Below are positions 18,927-28,012 of a stretch of DNA of 64,000 nt, piece after piece. Location: assembly GCA_001774685.1 (NCBI GenBank), contig MFAS01000001.1, positions 9,268 through 73,267 on the forward strand. The letters run 5' to 3'. Origin of the DNA: Candidatus Collierbacteria bacterium RIFOXYD2_FULL_45_13 (GTDB lineage: Bacteria; Patescibacteriota; Microgenomatia; UBA1400; MFAQ01). How positions within the stretch are numbered: position 1 is the first letter of the stretch; each line of letters begins with the position of its first letter. Below the pieces are notes generated by a model. The model worked only from the letters and a program-made list of their open reading frames with translations, did not search any database and was not told where the DNA came from. Made by a program: the position numbers and the translations under genes.

Positions 18927-20009
18927 ATGAAAAACTCTTACGGCCCAAGTTCGTTTGGTTTATCAAAAAAACTTCCCAATAGGCACATCAAAGCCCTATG
19001 GTTAATCGCCCTTTTGGTTATAGGCCTTCCATTGTTGGCCTTTGCCGCCAGTTTGACCACTAATCTAACCCCCAAAGCCTTCACCCCCACCGGCCAAACG
19101 ATCTGCAAAGAGGCCGTCAAAACCTATAAGTTTGAAAAGCCCTGCACCTTGCCCAGTATTAGCCCAAGCAACACTCCTAGCGTTACACCCACCGGTATCG
19201 CCGGAGGTGGAGTTAATAGGGCATATTACAGTATTACTTATACTTGTATAGATGGTTATCAGGGCACGATCGACGAGAAGTCCTGCCAGTCTGGTAACAA
19301 GCTTTTGACCCAAGTGTATGCTATTTGTGGCGAACACAGCCGAATCAAAAGTCTTTCCTATGCAGACCCTTGCCGTCCGACTTTCACCACACCCACCGTT
19401 ACTGTAGCTCCTAGCCCCACCACCTCTGGTCCTCAATACTACAAGACGGTAAACTACGTCTGTGCAGACGGTTACGCGGGAGTATACACATCCGTTTGTC
19501 AGAACCGAAGAGATCTCTCGGATCAGGTCATGGGTTTGTGTAAGAACCATTCAATCTGTCCCAAACCATCAGCAACACCTACCCTTACAACCACCATTAT
19601 CCCCACGAGGACTATCACCCCGATTCCACCCATTACCATTACCGATACAGTTACAAGCAATGTCGCGCCAGTAATAACCACCACCGTCCTACCGGCCGGA
19701 AACATAAACTCCACCTACGGTGGCAGCGTGGACGCCATCGATGCCAATCAAAAAGATCAGCTAACAATGACCATGTCCGGGTTACCCTTTGGACTGAGCC
19801 AAGGTCCTTGCGCTTCTTTGAGCACCGGAGGCAAAATTACCTGCTACATTTCCGGCACACCGGCAAACACAGGTATTTATACCGTCAAAGTGAACGTCAA
19901 AGATAATCGTGGAGGTTCGACAGACAAATCTCTCACCCTCTCCGTGTATGAAGGACGGCCAAGTCCCACACCTCTCTTTACGCCCATCGTTCCGCCACCA
20001 ATCAACTAG
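18927..20009 (+). CDS. Membrane-anchored extracellular protein with two Cys-rich tandem modules, Pro/Thr linkers and a C-terminal putative-Ig (He_PIG/cadherin-like) domain
   Basis: N-terminal hydrophobic anchor. The module Y..Y.C.DGY.G....C...QV...C..HS is repeated. The C-terminal domain LP.G...Y.....A.D...D.L...SGLP.GL......G.I.GTP...G.Y...V...D..G is shared with the next ORF. Confidence 0.55.
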   Translation: MKNSYGPSSFGLSKKLPNRHIKALWLIALLVIGLPLLAFAASLTTNLTPKAFTPTGQTICKEAVKTYKFEKPCTLPSISPSNTPSVTPTGIAGGGVNRAYYSITYTCIDGYQGTIDEKSCQSGNKLLTQVYAICGEHSRIKSLSYADPCRPTFTTPTVTVAPSPTTSGPQYYKTVNYVCADGYAGVYTSVCQNRRDLSDQVMGLCKNHSICPKPSATPTLTTTIIPTRTITPIPPITITDTVTSNVAPVITTTVLPAGNINSTYGGSVDAIDANQKDQLTMTMSGLPFGLSQGPCASLSTGGKITCYISGTPANTGIYTVKVNVKDNRGGSTDKSLTLSVYEGRPSPTPLFTPIVPPPIN

Positions 20010-20088
20010 AAAAAGGCAACTAAAAAAAGCTCTCCGAAAGGAGAGTTCTTATTGATTCGCAGATCGGCTTCTTCTATACTCATAGTAT

Positions 20089-20751
20089 ATGGAAAATCAG
20101 AATGTTCCGCTCCAACCGGTTAACATCGAAGCCCCTTCACTGGAAAAACCCAAAAACTTTTACCAACGGCTTTCCGCAAAACAAAGAAAGTCCATCATTG
20201 TTATCATCCTCATCGCCATTTTTCTTCCGATAGTTACCGCTGTCTCCCTGCTCGCTACGAGAATCAATTCCAAAGCTTTTCTTCCCGGGAGTATCGTTAC
20301 TCCCATTCCCACACGCACACCCCGCACCTCTCCTACGGTTGGCACTATCCACGGAAATCCGACCCCTCCACCCATCTCCACTCCTTCTGTTATTACACCT
20401 ACTACTGTGGGCAACGTCTCACCTCAAATCACCACTACATCTTTGCCCATGGCTTTTGCCGGAAAGCCATATTCGGCTACCATGGACGCCACGGACGCAA
20501 ACATCACAGACGTCTTGTCTCTGACCGCCACAGGACTTCCAACGGGTCTTACCCTCGGCTCATGTGCCTCAATTACCAACAGCGGACAAATTACTTGTAC
20601 CATTACAGGCACCGCCACCGTGATCAAATCATACAACGTCCTTATCACCGCCACCGACAATCAAGGCGGTTCAATTTCCAAATACTTCCCCTTGTCTGTG
20701 GTTGTAATACCTGTACAGTCCGGCCCGGGTGGTATTGAAGTCGTCGAATAA
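20089..20751 (+). CDS. Paralogous membrane-anchored protein with a Pro/Thr-rich linker and a He_PIG-like domain
   Basis: TM anchor IIVIILIAIFLPIVTAVSLLA. The He_PIG-like domain aligns with the 18927..20009 C-terminus. Confidence 0.55.
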   Translation: MENQNVPLQPVNIEAPSLEKPKNFYQRLSAKQRKSIIVIILIAIFLPIVTAVSLLATRINSKAFLPGSIVTPIPTRTPRTSPTVGTIHGNPTPPPISTPSVITPTTVGNVSPQITTTSLPMAFAGKPYSATMDATDANITDVLSLTATGLPTGLTLGSCASITNSGQITCTITGTATVIKSYNVLITATDNQGGSISKYFPLSVVVIPVQSGPGGIEVVE

Positions 20752-20771
20752 GTCTTTCCATACAATAAACC

Positions 20772-20792
20772 AAACCCCGCCGGTTGGCGGGG
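20772..20792. terminator. Bidirectional hairpin terminator (CCCCGCCggttGGCGGGG) between convergent genes
   Basis: GC hairpin with T-rich tracts on both sides. Confidence 0.45.
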
Positions 20793-20816
20793 TGATCGGT
20801 AAAGATTCTTCTCTTT

Positions 20817-21548
20817 TTATTTGGCGGGAGCAAAGATATCGTCATGCATCTCCCAGAACTTACCCTGCTCGCCGGCACACAGAGCTGCTTCAGCGGCCTT
20901 CTGTGCACTTGGGTGAAAGGACAAAGGGAAGCTCTTATACTCCAAGCTAATTTTACCTTTGTACTTCTCCATAATCGCTTTTACTGTTGGGAAAGCTTTC
21001 TCGCAATAAGGGCATTCAAAATCCGTGAACTCCACTATTTTAATTTTTGCATTCGACGGTCCGTCTACATAACTTTTGGCCAGGTTCATAGTCAGCCTCT
21101 TACCGCTTTCCCCAAGAGCCGCTGCGGCCTTATCCCCCGACCCATTCTTAAGCTCTGCATCAATTACACTTTCAAACGAAGATTGTGGTTGGGCTCCCAC
21201 CAACATGACTCCATTTATGATAAAGGACGGGGTTCCGCTTACTCCCAAAGCCGCTCCTTCTTTCTGTTCACTTGCCACTCTTTCTGCCATTGTTCCACCA
21301 TCTAAGCACTGATCAAACTTTGTCGCATCCAGACCAAATTTTTTGGCTCTAGCTTTCATGCTAGCCACATCAAGTTGTCTTTCTGGAGCTTGAACCTGTG
21401 TCGGAGCCGTCGTATCCGTTCCAGCAACGTTATTCTTCAGTCCCTCCACCTGGGAAGACAATCTCCCTACATAGAAAGAAGCCACAATTAGTAACAACAC
21501 CAGGATAGGTGTGTAAAGGGTTTGTAAACCGGTTTTTTTATCTGACAT
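20817..21548 (-). CDS. dsbA: DsbA-like thiol:disulfide oxidoreductase, membrane-anchored
   Basis: CPYC active site in FTDFECPYCEKAF. N-terminal TM helix. Confidence 0.75.
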   Translation of the reverse strand: MSDKKTGLQTLYTPILVLLLIVASFYVGRLSSQVEGLKNNVAGTDTTAPTQVQAPERQLDVASMKARAKKFGLDATKFDQCLDGGTMAERVASEQKEGAALGVSGTPSFIINGVMLVGAQPQSSFESVIDAELKNGSGDKAAAALGESGKRLTMNLAKSYVDGPSNAKIKIVEFTDFECPYCEKAFPTVKAIMEKYKGKISLEYKSFPLSFHPSAQKAAEAALCAGEQGKFWEMHDDIFAPAK

Positions 21549-21579
21549 AGAAGAATAATACCAGATAATTATAAAAACA

Positions 21580-24033
21580 CTACCCCACTACAAAGTTTAT
21601 TGTCTTCCCTTTAATATAAATAACCTTTTTTATTTCTCCTGAATCTAAATATTTTTTTATCTTTTCCGATTTTTTTGCTTCTTCAATCACCCGCTCTTGA
21701 TATTCTTCAGGATCTATCATCAAAGTTCCTCTTAGCTTTCCATTAACTTGCACTGTCAGCAATACAGTATCACTTATCAAATATTTTTCCTCATAAACAG
21801 GAAACTGCTGTGTGTGGATACTGAAACCTCCCCCGATCCTAGCCCACAGTTCCTCAGCTACAAAAGGAGCAAACAAAGATAGCACTTTGATCATACTGCC
21901 CAAATCACTCTTCGTAATGTTGCTACCAGGTTTCGATAAAGCATTTACGGTCTCCATTAGTCTGGCAATAACAGTATTAAACTTAAATTCAGCAACATCC
22001 TCTGTAGCTTGCTTAATTAATCTATTGATTGCCTTCGCACTCTCTCCATCTGATACTTCATTATTTCCGGCATGAAGTTCGATCAGGTTATAAAACTTTT
22101 CAATAAATCTTCTGACCCCAACAAGCGATCGCTCATTCCAGACCATCGTAGCATCAAACGGACCCATGAACATAAGGTAAGTTCTAAGTGAGTCGGCTCC
22201 ATACTTTTCGACAAACTCGTCTGGCACGATCACATTGCCCTTACTCTTACTCATCCTATTCCCATCGGGACCAAGAATTACTCCATGGGATATTCTCTTC
22301 TTGTATGGCTCAGTGATATTCTTTGGAACTACACCCAAGTCCCAAAGAAACTGATAAACGAATCTCGAATACAGCAAATGTAAAGTATTATGTTCGTCTC
22401 CGCCCACGTAAACATCCACCGGCAACCAGAACTCCATTTTTTTCTCATCTGCTAAGACATCTGTGTTATGGGGGTCACAATACCTCAAAAAGTACCAATC
22501 GCTTCCGGCCCAGTTTGGCATCGTATCAGTTTCTCGTTTAGCTTTCTCTCCACACTTCGGACAGGTTGTTTCCACCCACTCCTTAATGTTGGCTAGTGGT
22601 GACTCGCCCGTATCGGTTGGTAAATATTTCTCCACTTCCGGCAACACTACCGGCAAATCTGTCGCCGGTATACTTACCCAACCATCTTTCTCACAAAAAA
22701 CCATAGGGATCGGCTCACCCCAGTAATGCTGTCTGCTAAATATCCAATCCCTCAAATGATACTCAACTTTCTTGGTTGCCCATTCGTTCTCAATCATCCA
22801 ATTACTCACTGCTCCAAACGCCTCCTCCCGGGCTTTCATCCCGTTGAACTTCCCCGAGTTTACCATCAATCCATCCTCAATTACTTTTTCGTAGCTATCG
22901 ATCAAATATGCCGGATCTTCAGGTGGCACTTCCACTTGGACAATATCCAGGCCATATTTCTCTGCGAACATATAGTCCCGTTTATCATGAGCCGCCACTC
23001 CCATCACCGCCCCTGTACCAAAATTTGCCAACACGTAGTCCCCAATCCAAATTGGTATTCTTTTTCCATTTACCGGATTGATCGCGTAGGCGCCGGTAAA
23101 AACTCCCGTCTTCTCAGACACCCCGCTGGTCCTCTCAAACTCACTTTTCTTTTTTGTTTCCTTTAAGTATTGCGAAACCTCTTGGGACACCGAAGTGCTG
23201 TGACTCTCTGAAACGATCTCTGCCACCAAAGGATGTTCCGGCGCAATGGCAATCCAGGTCACGCCATAAATAGTTTCAGGAAATTTTGTAAAGCACTGTA
23301 TTTTGTGGACAGAGTTCTCTATCTCAAAATCAATATTTATCCCTTCTTTTTTTCCAATCCAGTTTATTTGAGCAGCCTTGACCTTTTCAATAAACTCCGT
23401 GTCGAGGAGACCGTTAATTAGTCTGTCGGCATAGTCTGTTATTTTTACTACCCACTGAGAAATGGTTCTTTTTGCTGTTTCAGTCCCACATCTCTCGCAC
23501 TTCCCGTCAACCACCTCTTCATTGGCCAAACCTATCTTGTCCTTAGGACACCAGTTAATTGGCATTTCCTGCTTTTCAGCCAGCCCTTTTTCAAAAAGTT
23601 TAGTAAATATCCACTGAGTCCACTTATAGTATTCCGGTAAAGTTGTATTCACTTCACGGTCCCAATCAAAAGAAAAACCCAACTTCTTCATTTGTTCGTG
23701 GAAAGTGTTTGTTACCTCCTTTGTAATTTCTTGAGGTTTCCGGCCGCTTTTGATAGCGTAGTTTTCGGTGGGTAATCCAAAAGCATCCCATCCCATGGGA
23801 AACATCACATTTTTTCCCTGCATTCGCTGAAATCGAGCATAGACATCCGCCGCCGTCATGGCAAAGGCATGACCCACATGGAGGCCTGATCCGGATGGAT
23901 AAGGAAACTCGGTTAGCATATAGAATTTTTCTCGGTCGTTCTCAAAATCTACACCTTTATTGCCATCGAATTCCTCATACTTCTCCGCCCACTTCTTTTC
24001 TGTTGACTTAAAATCGTAGCTCGCCATAGGCAT
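21580..24033 (-). CDS. leuS: Leucyl-tRNA synthetase
   Basis: HVGH (LHVGHAF) and KMSKS (NRMSKSKGN) motifs, 817 aa. The start is taken as the ATG of MPMASYDFK (GGAG RBS). The ORF-track start at 24102 runs into the upstream 8-nt repeat. Confidence 0.93.
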   Translation of the reverse strand: MPMASYDFKSTEKKWAEKYEEFDGNKGVDFENDREKFYMLTEFPYPSGSGLHVGHAFAMTAADVYARFQRMQGKNVMFPMGWDAFGLPTENYAIKSGRKPQEITKEVTNTFHEQMKKLGFSFDWDREVNTTLPEYYKWTQWIFTKLFEKGLAEKQEMPINWCPKDKIGLANEEVVDGKCERCGTETAKRTISQWVVKITDYADRLINGLLDTEFIEKVKAAQINWIGKKEGINIDFEIENSVHKIQCFTKFPETIYGVTWIAIAPEHPLVAEIVSESHSTSVSQEVSQYLKETKKKSEFERTSGVSEKTGVFTGAYAINPVNGKRIPIWIGDYVLANFGTGAVMGVAAHDKRDYMFAEKYGLDIVQVEVPPEDPAYLIDSYEKVIEDGLMVNSGKFNGMKAREEAFGAVSNWMIENEWATKKVEYHLRDWIFSRQHYWGEPIPMVFCEKDGWVSIPATDLPVVLPEVEKYLPTDTGESPLANIKEWVETTCPKCGEKAKRETDTMPNWAGSDWYFLRYCDPHNTDVLADEKKMEFWLPVDVYVGGDEHNTLHLLYSRFVYQFLWDLGVVPKNITEPYKKRISHGVILGPDGNRMSKSKGNVIVPDEFVEKYGADSLRTYLMFMGPFDATMVWNERSLVGVRRFIEKFYNLIELHAGNNEVSDGESAKAINRLIKQATEDVAEFKFNTVIARLMETVNALSKPGSNITKSDLGSMIKVLSLFAPFVAEELWARIGGGFSIHTQQFPVYEEKYLISDTVLLTVQVNGKLRGTLMIDPEEYQERVIEEAKKSEKIKKYLDSGEIKKVIYIKGKTINFVVG

Positions 24034-24106
24034 AATTCTACCACTCCAACACCTCGTTTTTTTGAGATTTAGAGTTTTAGAGTTTTTTCTAGATATAATC
24101 AATTCA

Positions 24107-24862
24107 ATGCAAACAGTGGTCGACGGCGTTCTGACAAACTACGAAGTATTCAACCCCGAACAAGTAAACACTCTCGTTATCCTACACGGCTGGGGATCAT
24201 CTCTACAATTTTGGATCCCCATCGCCAAACAATTAAGCCCAAATCTACGAATCATTCTCCTCGATTTGCCCAGCTTCGGTTCTACTGCACCCCTTCCCAA
24301 CGACCCCAACATCCCCGAATACACCCTATTCGTCAAAGCTTTTACCCAAAAACTAAAGCTCAGTCATTTCATCCTCTCGGGTCACTCGTTCGGCGGTCAG
24401 GTCACTTTGGATTATGCCCTCAAGTTTCCCCACGATTTAAAGTCAATCATTCTTGTCTCTCCGGCAGTCGTCAGAGAAAGGTCAAAATCGGCTAAGTTCA
24501 AGATTATTCTGGCCAAAGTTCTTCGTCCACTTTTCTCTATTCTGCCCAAACACAGCTTTGAAAGGTTTTTAGGTTGGTATACACCCAGAGATTACAGCAA
24601 CTCAACGGAGTACCAAAGACGCGTACTCAAAAAGATTGTCGTATATGATCTTAAGCCTTTCCTTAACCAGGTCAAAATTCCTACCGATATTATCTGGGGC
24701 AGTGAGGATTTTGTCATTCCTTATATGGGCAAATATCTGGCCGAACATATTCTGGACAGTCATCTTCATGTCATTTATGGTGCCCACCACCTTCTGTACC
24801 TCACTCACCCCAAGAAGCTAGTTGACGTTCTTAGTCAAATAATCGACAGACTTTATGTTTAA
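24107..24862 (+). CDS. Alpha/beta-fold hydrolase
   Basis: HGWGSS ... GHSFGG nucleophile elbow. The start is taken at the internal Met (MQTVVDG). The upstream codons are repeat sequence. Confidence 0.65.
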   Translation: MQTVVDGVLTNYEVFNPEQVNTLVILHGWGSSLQFWIPIAKQLSPNLRIILLDLPSFGSTAPLPNDPNIPEYTLFVKAFTQKLKLSHFILSGHSFGGQVTLDYALKFPHDLKSIILVSPAVVRERSKSAKFKIILAKVLRPLFSILPKHSFERFLGWYTPRDYSNSTEYQRRVLKKIVVYDLKPFLNQVKIPTDIIWGSEDFVIPYMGKYLAEHILDSHLHVIYGAHHLLYLTHPKKLVDVLSQIIDRLYV

Positions 24863-26234
24863 CCCTATCAAAACACAGCTCACCATTCTCCAGCAAGAAG
24901 GCTACTCCACCGGCCGATTTCTTAAGTGGTGGATTACTCATCCGTTCACTTATTTCATCTCCAATAAAAAACCTTTAATCCTAACCCAAAAAGTCAAACG
25001 TCTTCTGGCAATCTCCTGCACTCTCTTTGGGTTACTGCTCTTCCTCTCTATCATCTATAAGTTCTTTATTGTCTTTCCTTTCTCAGTCATCCTGTTTCTC
25101 ATCGAACCATTTATATTTCTCTTTGCCGCGGTTGTTATTATCACCCCCTTCGAAAGACTCCACCGCCGAAGAACCATCAACCGTATCAGAAAGGAAGTTG
25201 TCGACAATCAAGATCTAACTGTTATCGGCATCACCGGCTCTTTTGGCAAGACTTCGGTCAAAGATTTTCTCTTTACCATTCTCTCTGGTTGCCAAGAAAC
25301 CCTCAAGACTCCGGAAAGTTACAATACGATTTTTGGCATCGCTAAAGTTGTCGATTTTGAATTACTCAAAAAAACTAGGTTTTTTATTTGCGAAATGGGA
25401 GCTTATGTCCGTGGTGAAATAAAAGAACTCTGTCGCATGATACCTCCCCAATACGCCATCCTGACTGCCATTGGTACTCAGCATCTCGAACGGTTCAAGA
25501 TTCTAAAGAACACCACCCTCGCCAAATTCGAACTGATCGACTCGGTAAACCCCAGTCACGCTTTAGTTAACTTAGACAATTCATTCATTACCGACCGTCT
25601 CTCGGATCACAAATATCGCGGGGTCAAAACCTACTCCATTTTCAATCCCAAAGCGGACTTCTTTGTCAAAAAATACTCCCTCTCTTCCCATGGTCTAAAT
25701 TTTACGCTTGTTCACCAAGACAAAACATATTCCTACACCTCTGTATTATTTGGCACCAGCAATCTTTACAATCTCGCCGCCGCTATCTCCATGGCTATGA
25801 TGATAGAAGTTCCGGAAGAAATTATTTTGGAACAAATTGCCAAGATTAATTCTTCACCCCACCGTCTGGAGTTAAAAAAGATCAATATAGCCACCTTGAT
25901 AGATAACGCTTTTTCGAGCAATGAAGAAGGCTTTACCACCCTGATTAATGATCTATCCAAACTACCTGGGAAGAAAGTCCTCATCACCCCCGGTATCGTC
26001 GAGCTGGGCATTCGTACCGTCGAAGTTCATCAGAAACTAGGTCAGCTGTCATCTACGGTTTTCGATAAATTCATTCTCGTCGGCAAATCCCTCCGCACCC
26101 TCAGTTTCGAGCAAGGCCTAAAGAAACCGGTCACTTACATCCCGAACTCCACCAACCTCTGGCCTCTTATCGAAGAACTATCCCAGGACTTCGGCTGGAT
26201 CCTTCTCGAAAACGACCTCCCGGACACCTTTTAA
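24855..26234 (+). CDS. murF: UDP-MurNAc-tripeptide--D-Ala-D-Ala ligase (MurF-like Mur ligase) with an N-terminal multi-TM extension of about 110 aa
   Basis: IGITGSFGKTSVKDFL P-loop (MurF-type GSxGKTS). N-terminal hydrophobic segments. ddl is adjacent. Confidence 0.65.
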   Translation: MFNPIKTQLTILQQEGYSTGRFLKWWITHPFTYFISNKKPLILTQKVKRLLAISCTLFGLLLFLSIIYKFFIVFPFSVILFLIEPFIFLFAAVVIITPFERLHRRRTINRIRKEVVDNQDLTVIGITGSFGKTSVKDFLFTILSGCQETLKTPESYNTIFGIAKVVDFELLKKTRFFICEMGAYVRGEIKELCRMIPPQYAILTAIGTQHLERFKILKNTTLAKFELIDSVNPSHALVNLDNSFITDRLSDHKYRGVKTYSIFNPKADFFVKKYSLSSHGLNFTLVHQDKTYSYTSVLFGTSNLYNLAAAISMAMMIEVPEEIILEQIAKINSSPHRLELKKINIATLIDNAFSSNEEGFTTLINDLSKLPGKKVLITPGIVELGIRTVEVHQKLGQLSSTVFDKFILVGKSLRTLSFEQGLKKPVTYIPNSTNLWPLIEELSQDFGWILLENDLPDTF

Positions 26235-27382
26235 ACCTTCCCTCCCTTTAGCCCCAGATTTGCAAACCCGGCCAAAATATTGCTCTCAAAAGTATTTATT
26301 AAGCCCTTCTTGCTTTCTTTTTCTTCCAAGGCAAAGTTCACCAATTTGATCACCAGTTCCTCAAAGGTTACTCCGCTGGCTTTCCAAAGATAGAAGGCAA
26401 GGGAACCAGGCATGGTATTTATTTCATTAAAGTAAATTTTGCCGGACTTCGAAACCATATAGTCAACCCTCGCGATCCCCTTACCACCAATAGCTCGAAA
26501 ATAATCCTTAGTATATTTCTCAATTTTTTTAATTATCTCCGGCTTCACATCGGCTGGAATGAGTCTCTTAGCTCCAGCCATACCTTTTTGTTTCACCTGA
26601 CCTTCATATTTATCAGAAAAAGATAATACTTGACTGCTGGCCATAGGGTGCTCCGTCGTAGACACTTCGTATGGCCCGTTTCCCATGATTGAAATATTCA
26701 CTTCTATAAAGTCATTGAGAGCCTCTTCGATTATTACTCTTCGGTCATAACAAAATGCCACTTCAAGTGCGTCATCCAGACCTTTTTCTTTCTCCACTCT
26801 AGATAAGCCTATACTCGACCCCAGTCCTACCGGCTTCACCATTACCGGAAACTTAATGGCCTTCTTGTCCAACGCCAATATTTTTTCTCCTTTTATTACT
26901 AATCTGTCTGCCAAAACATCGATACCAATCGACTTAGCAATAATTTTGGCTAAGTATTTATCAATCTTCACAGCACTTGCCGTCACTCCACAACCCACAT
27001 AAGGAATACCGGACATCTCAAAGAGCCCTTGAAGTGTCCCATCTTCTCCACCCCGACCATGCACCACAGGGAAGATGACATCGGGCTGCTTCTCCGTCAT
27101 TCCAAAGTTCCACAAACCTTTCTGGAGGACCCCTCGCTCCGCTTCCGGCGAAAGAATTATTTCTTTGGCTCCACTGAGAAGCTTCTTATTATTTGTATAC
27201 GACTTAGAATCCAGAAACTTATCATCCCCCAGATACCAACTTCCGCCTTTACTGATATAGACCGGCATAACTTCGAATCCCGCCTTTTTCAAAGCATGCA
27301 TTACCTGCCACGCCGTCACTACCGCCACATCATGCTCCGGACTCACCCCGCCATACACCACCATTACTTTTTTTTGATTCAT
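26231..27382 (-). CDS. ddl: D-alanine--D-alanine ligase
   Basis: VMVVYGGVSPEHDVAVVTA ... ATP-grasp Ddl motifs. Confidence 0.9.
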   Translation of the reverse strand: MNQKKVMVVYGGVSPEHDVAVVTAWQVMHALKKAGFEVMPVYISKGGSWYLGDDKFLDSKSYTNNKKLLSGAKEIILSPEAERGVLQKGLWNFGMTEKQPDVIFPVVHGRGGEDGTLQGLFEMSGIPYVGCGVTASAVKIDKYLAKIIAKSIGIDVLADRLVIKGEKILALDKKAIKFPVMVKPVGLGSSIGLSRVEKEKGLDDALEVAFCYDRRVIIEEALNDFIEVNISIMGNGPYEVSTTEHPMASSQVLSFSDKYEGQVKQKGMAGAKRLIPADVKPEIIKKIEKYTKDYFRAIGGKGIARVDYMVSKSGKIYFNEINTMPGSLAFYLWKASGVTFEELVIKLVNFALEEKESKKGLINTFESNILAGFANLGLKGGKV

Positions 27383-27391
27383 TGTTATATT

Positions 27392-28012
27392 TTAATACAC
27401 CAATATCCCCCTACCGGCAAAGAATCTTTTAAAATCTTTTTCGGCTATTTCACAGTTTTCTTGGGACTCACCAAAAAACCCGGATGGGTTATGTAAAAAC
27501 AAAGTTTTTCTTTCATCATCACTCCATGTCATCAAAACCAAGTGTCCTCCTTTATGTTCAGGTGTGTGGACTGGTTTTCTAATACTCGCACTCACCGAGA
27601 CTATAAAATAATTTCCCTTTTTTAGCTCCCTCTTTATTCTCCAAAGTGTCAAAAATCTTTTGAATACTTTAGCTTTCAATTTCAGTTCTTTTTTAAGAAA
27701 GATAATAAATGGCTCATAAAACAAACCATCAATTGCTTTTCCTTTTTTGATATACCCGCCATATTCTTCACATTTTTTAGCCAGTTCAATAGTTTTATAT
27801 TCTTTTCCAAACTTTCTCATGAGTATCATTTTTAGACAAGCCATTCCACAAACGTTCCAGCTCCAAAGTTCATACTCTGCAGGAGTATTAGCCCCCGACT
27901 TTTTCCACCTTGGATCTTCTCCGGCTTTTATCGTCCCTTCGATTATTTCATCTACTAGCTCCGCAGACTCCCACTGGGAAAAATAGGGAATTTGTCTAAG
28001 TAGTTTAGTCAT
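27392..28012 (-). CDS. C39-like (Peptidase_C39_2-like) cysteine peptidase
   Basis: IPYFSQWESAE...NVCGMACLKMIL (Cys) and KGGHLVLMTWSDDE (His). It sits between murA and ddl in the same transcriptional direction, with an 8-nt overlap with murA. Confidence 0.55.
   Translation of the reverse strand: MTKLLRQIPYFSQWESAELVDEIIEGTIKAGEDPRWKKSGANTPAEYELWSWNVCGMACLKMILMRKFGKEYKTIELAKKCEEYGGYIKKGKAIDGLFYEPFIIFLKKELKLKAKVFKRFLTLWRIKRELKKGNYFIVSVSASIRKPVHTPEHKGGHLVLMTWSDDERKTLFLHNPSGFFGESQENCEIAEKDFKRFFAGRGILVY

Noticed and set aside
22726-23166. Long plus-strand ORFs antisense to leuS. The same applies to 47166-47645 within thrS, 48159-48713 within thrS, 51759-52280 within argS and 19065-19550 antisense to the surface-protein gene.
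   Set aside because: These are shadow ORFs on the opposite strand of well-supported genes. They have no RBS and no recognisable domains.
24062-24106. ORF-track N-terminal extensions: the hydrolase start at 24062 and the leuS start at 24102
   Set aside because: Both extensions are translated from the 8-nt repeat tract in the divergent intergenic region. Internal Mets with better context are preferred (24107 for the hydrolase, 24033 for leuS).
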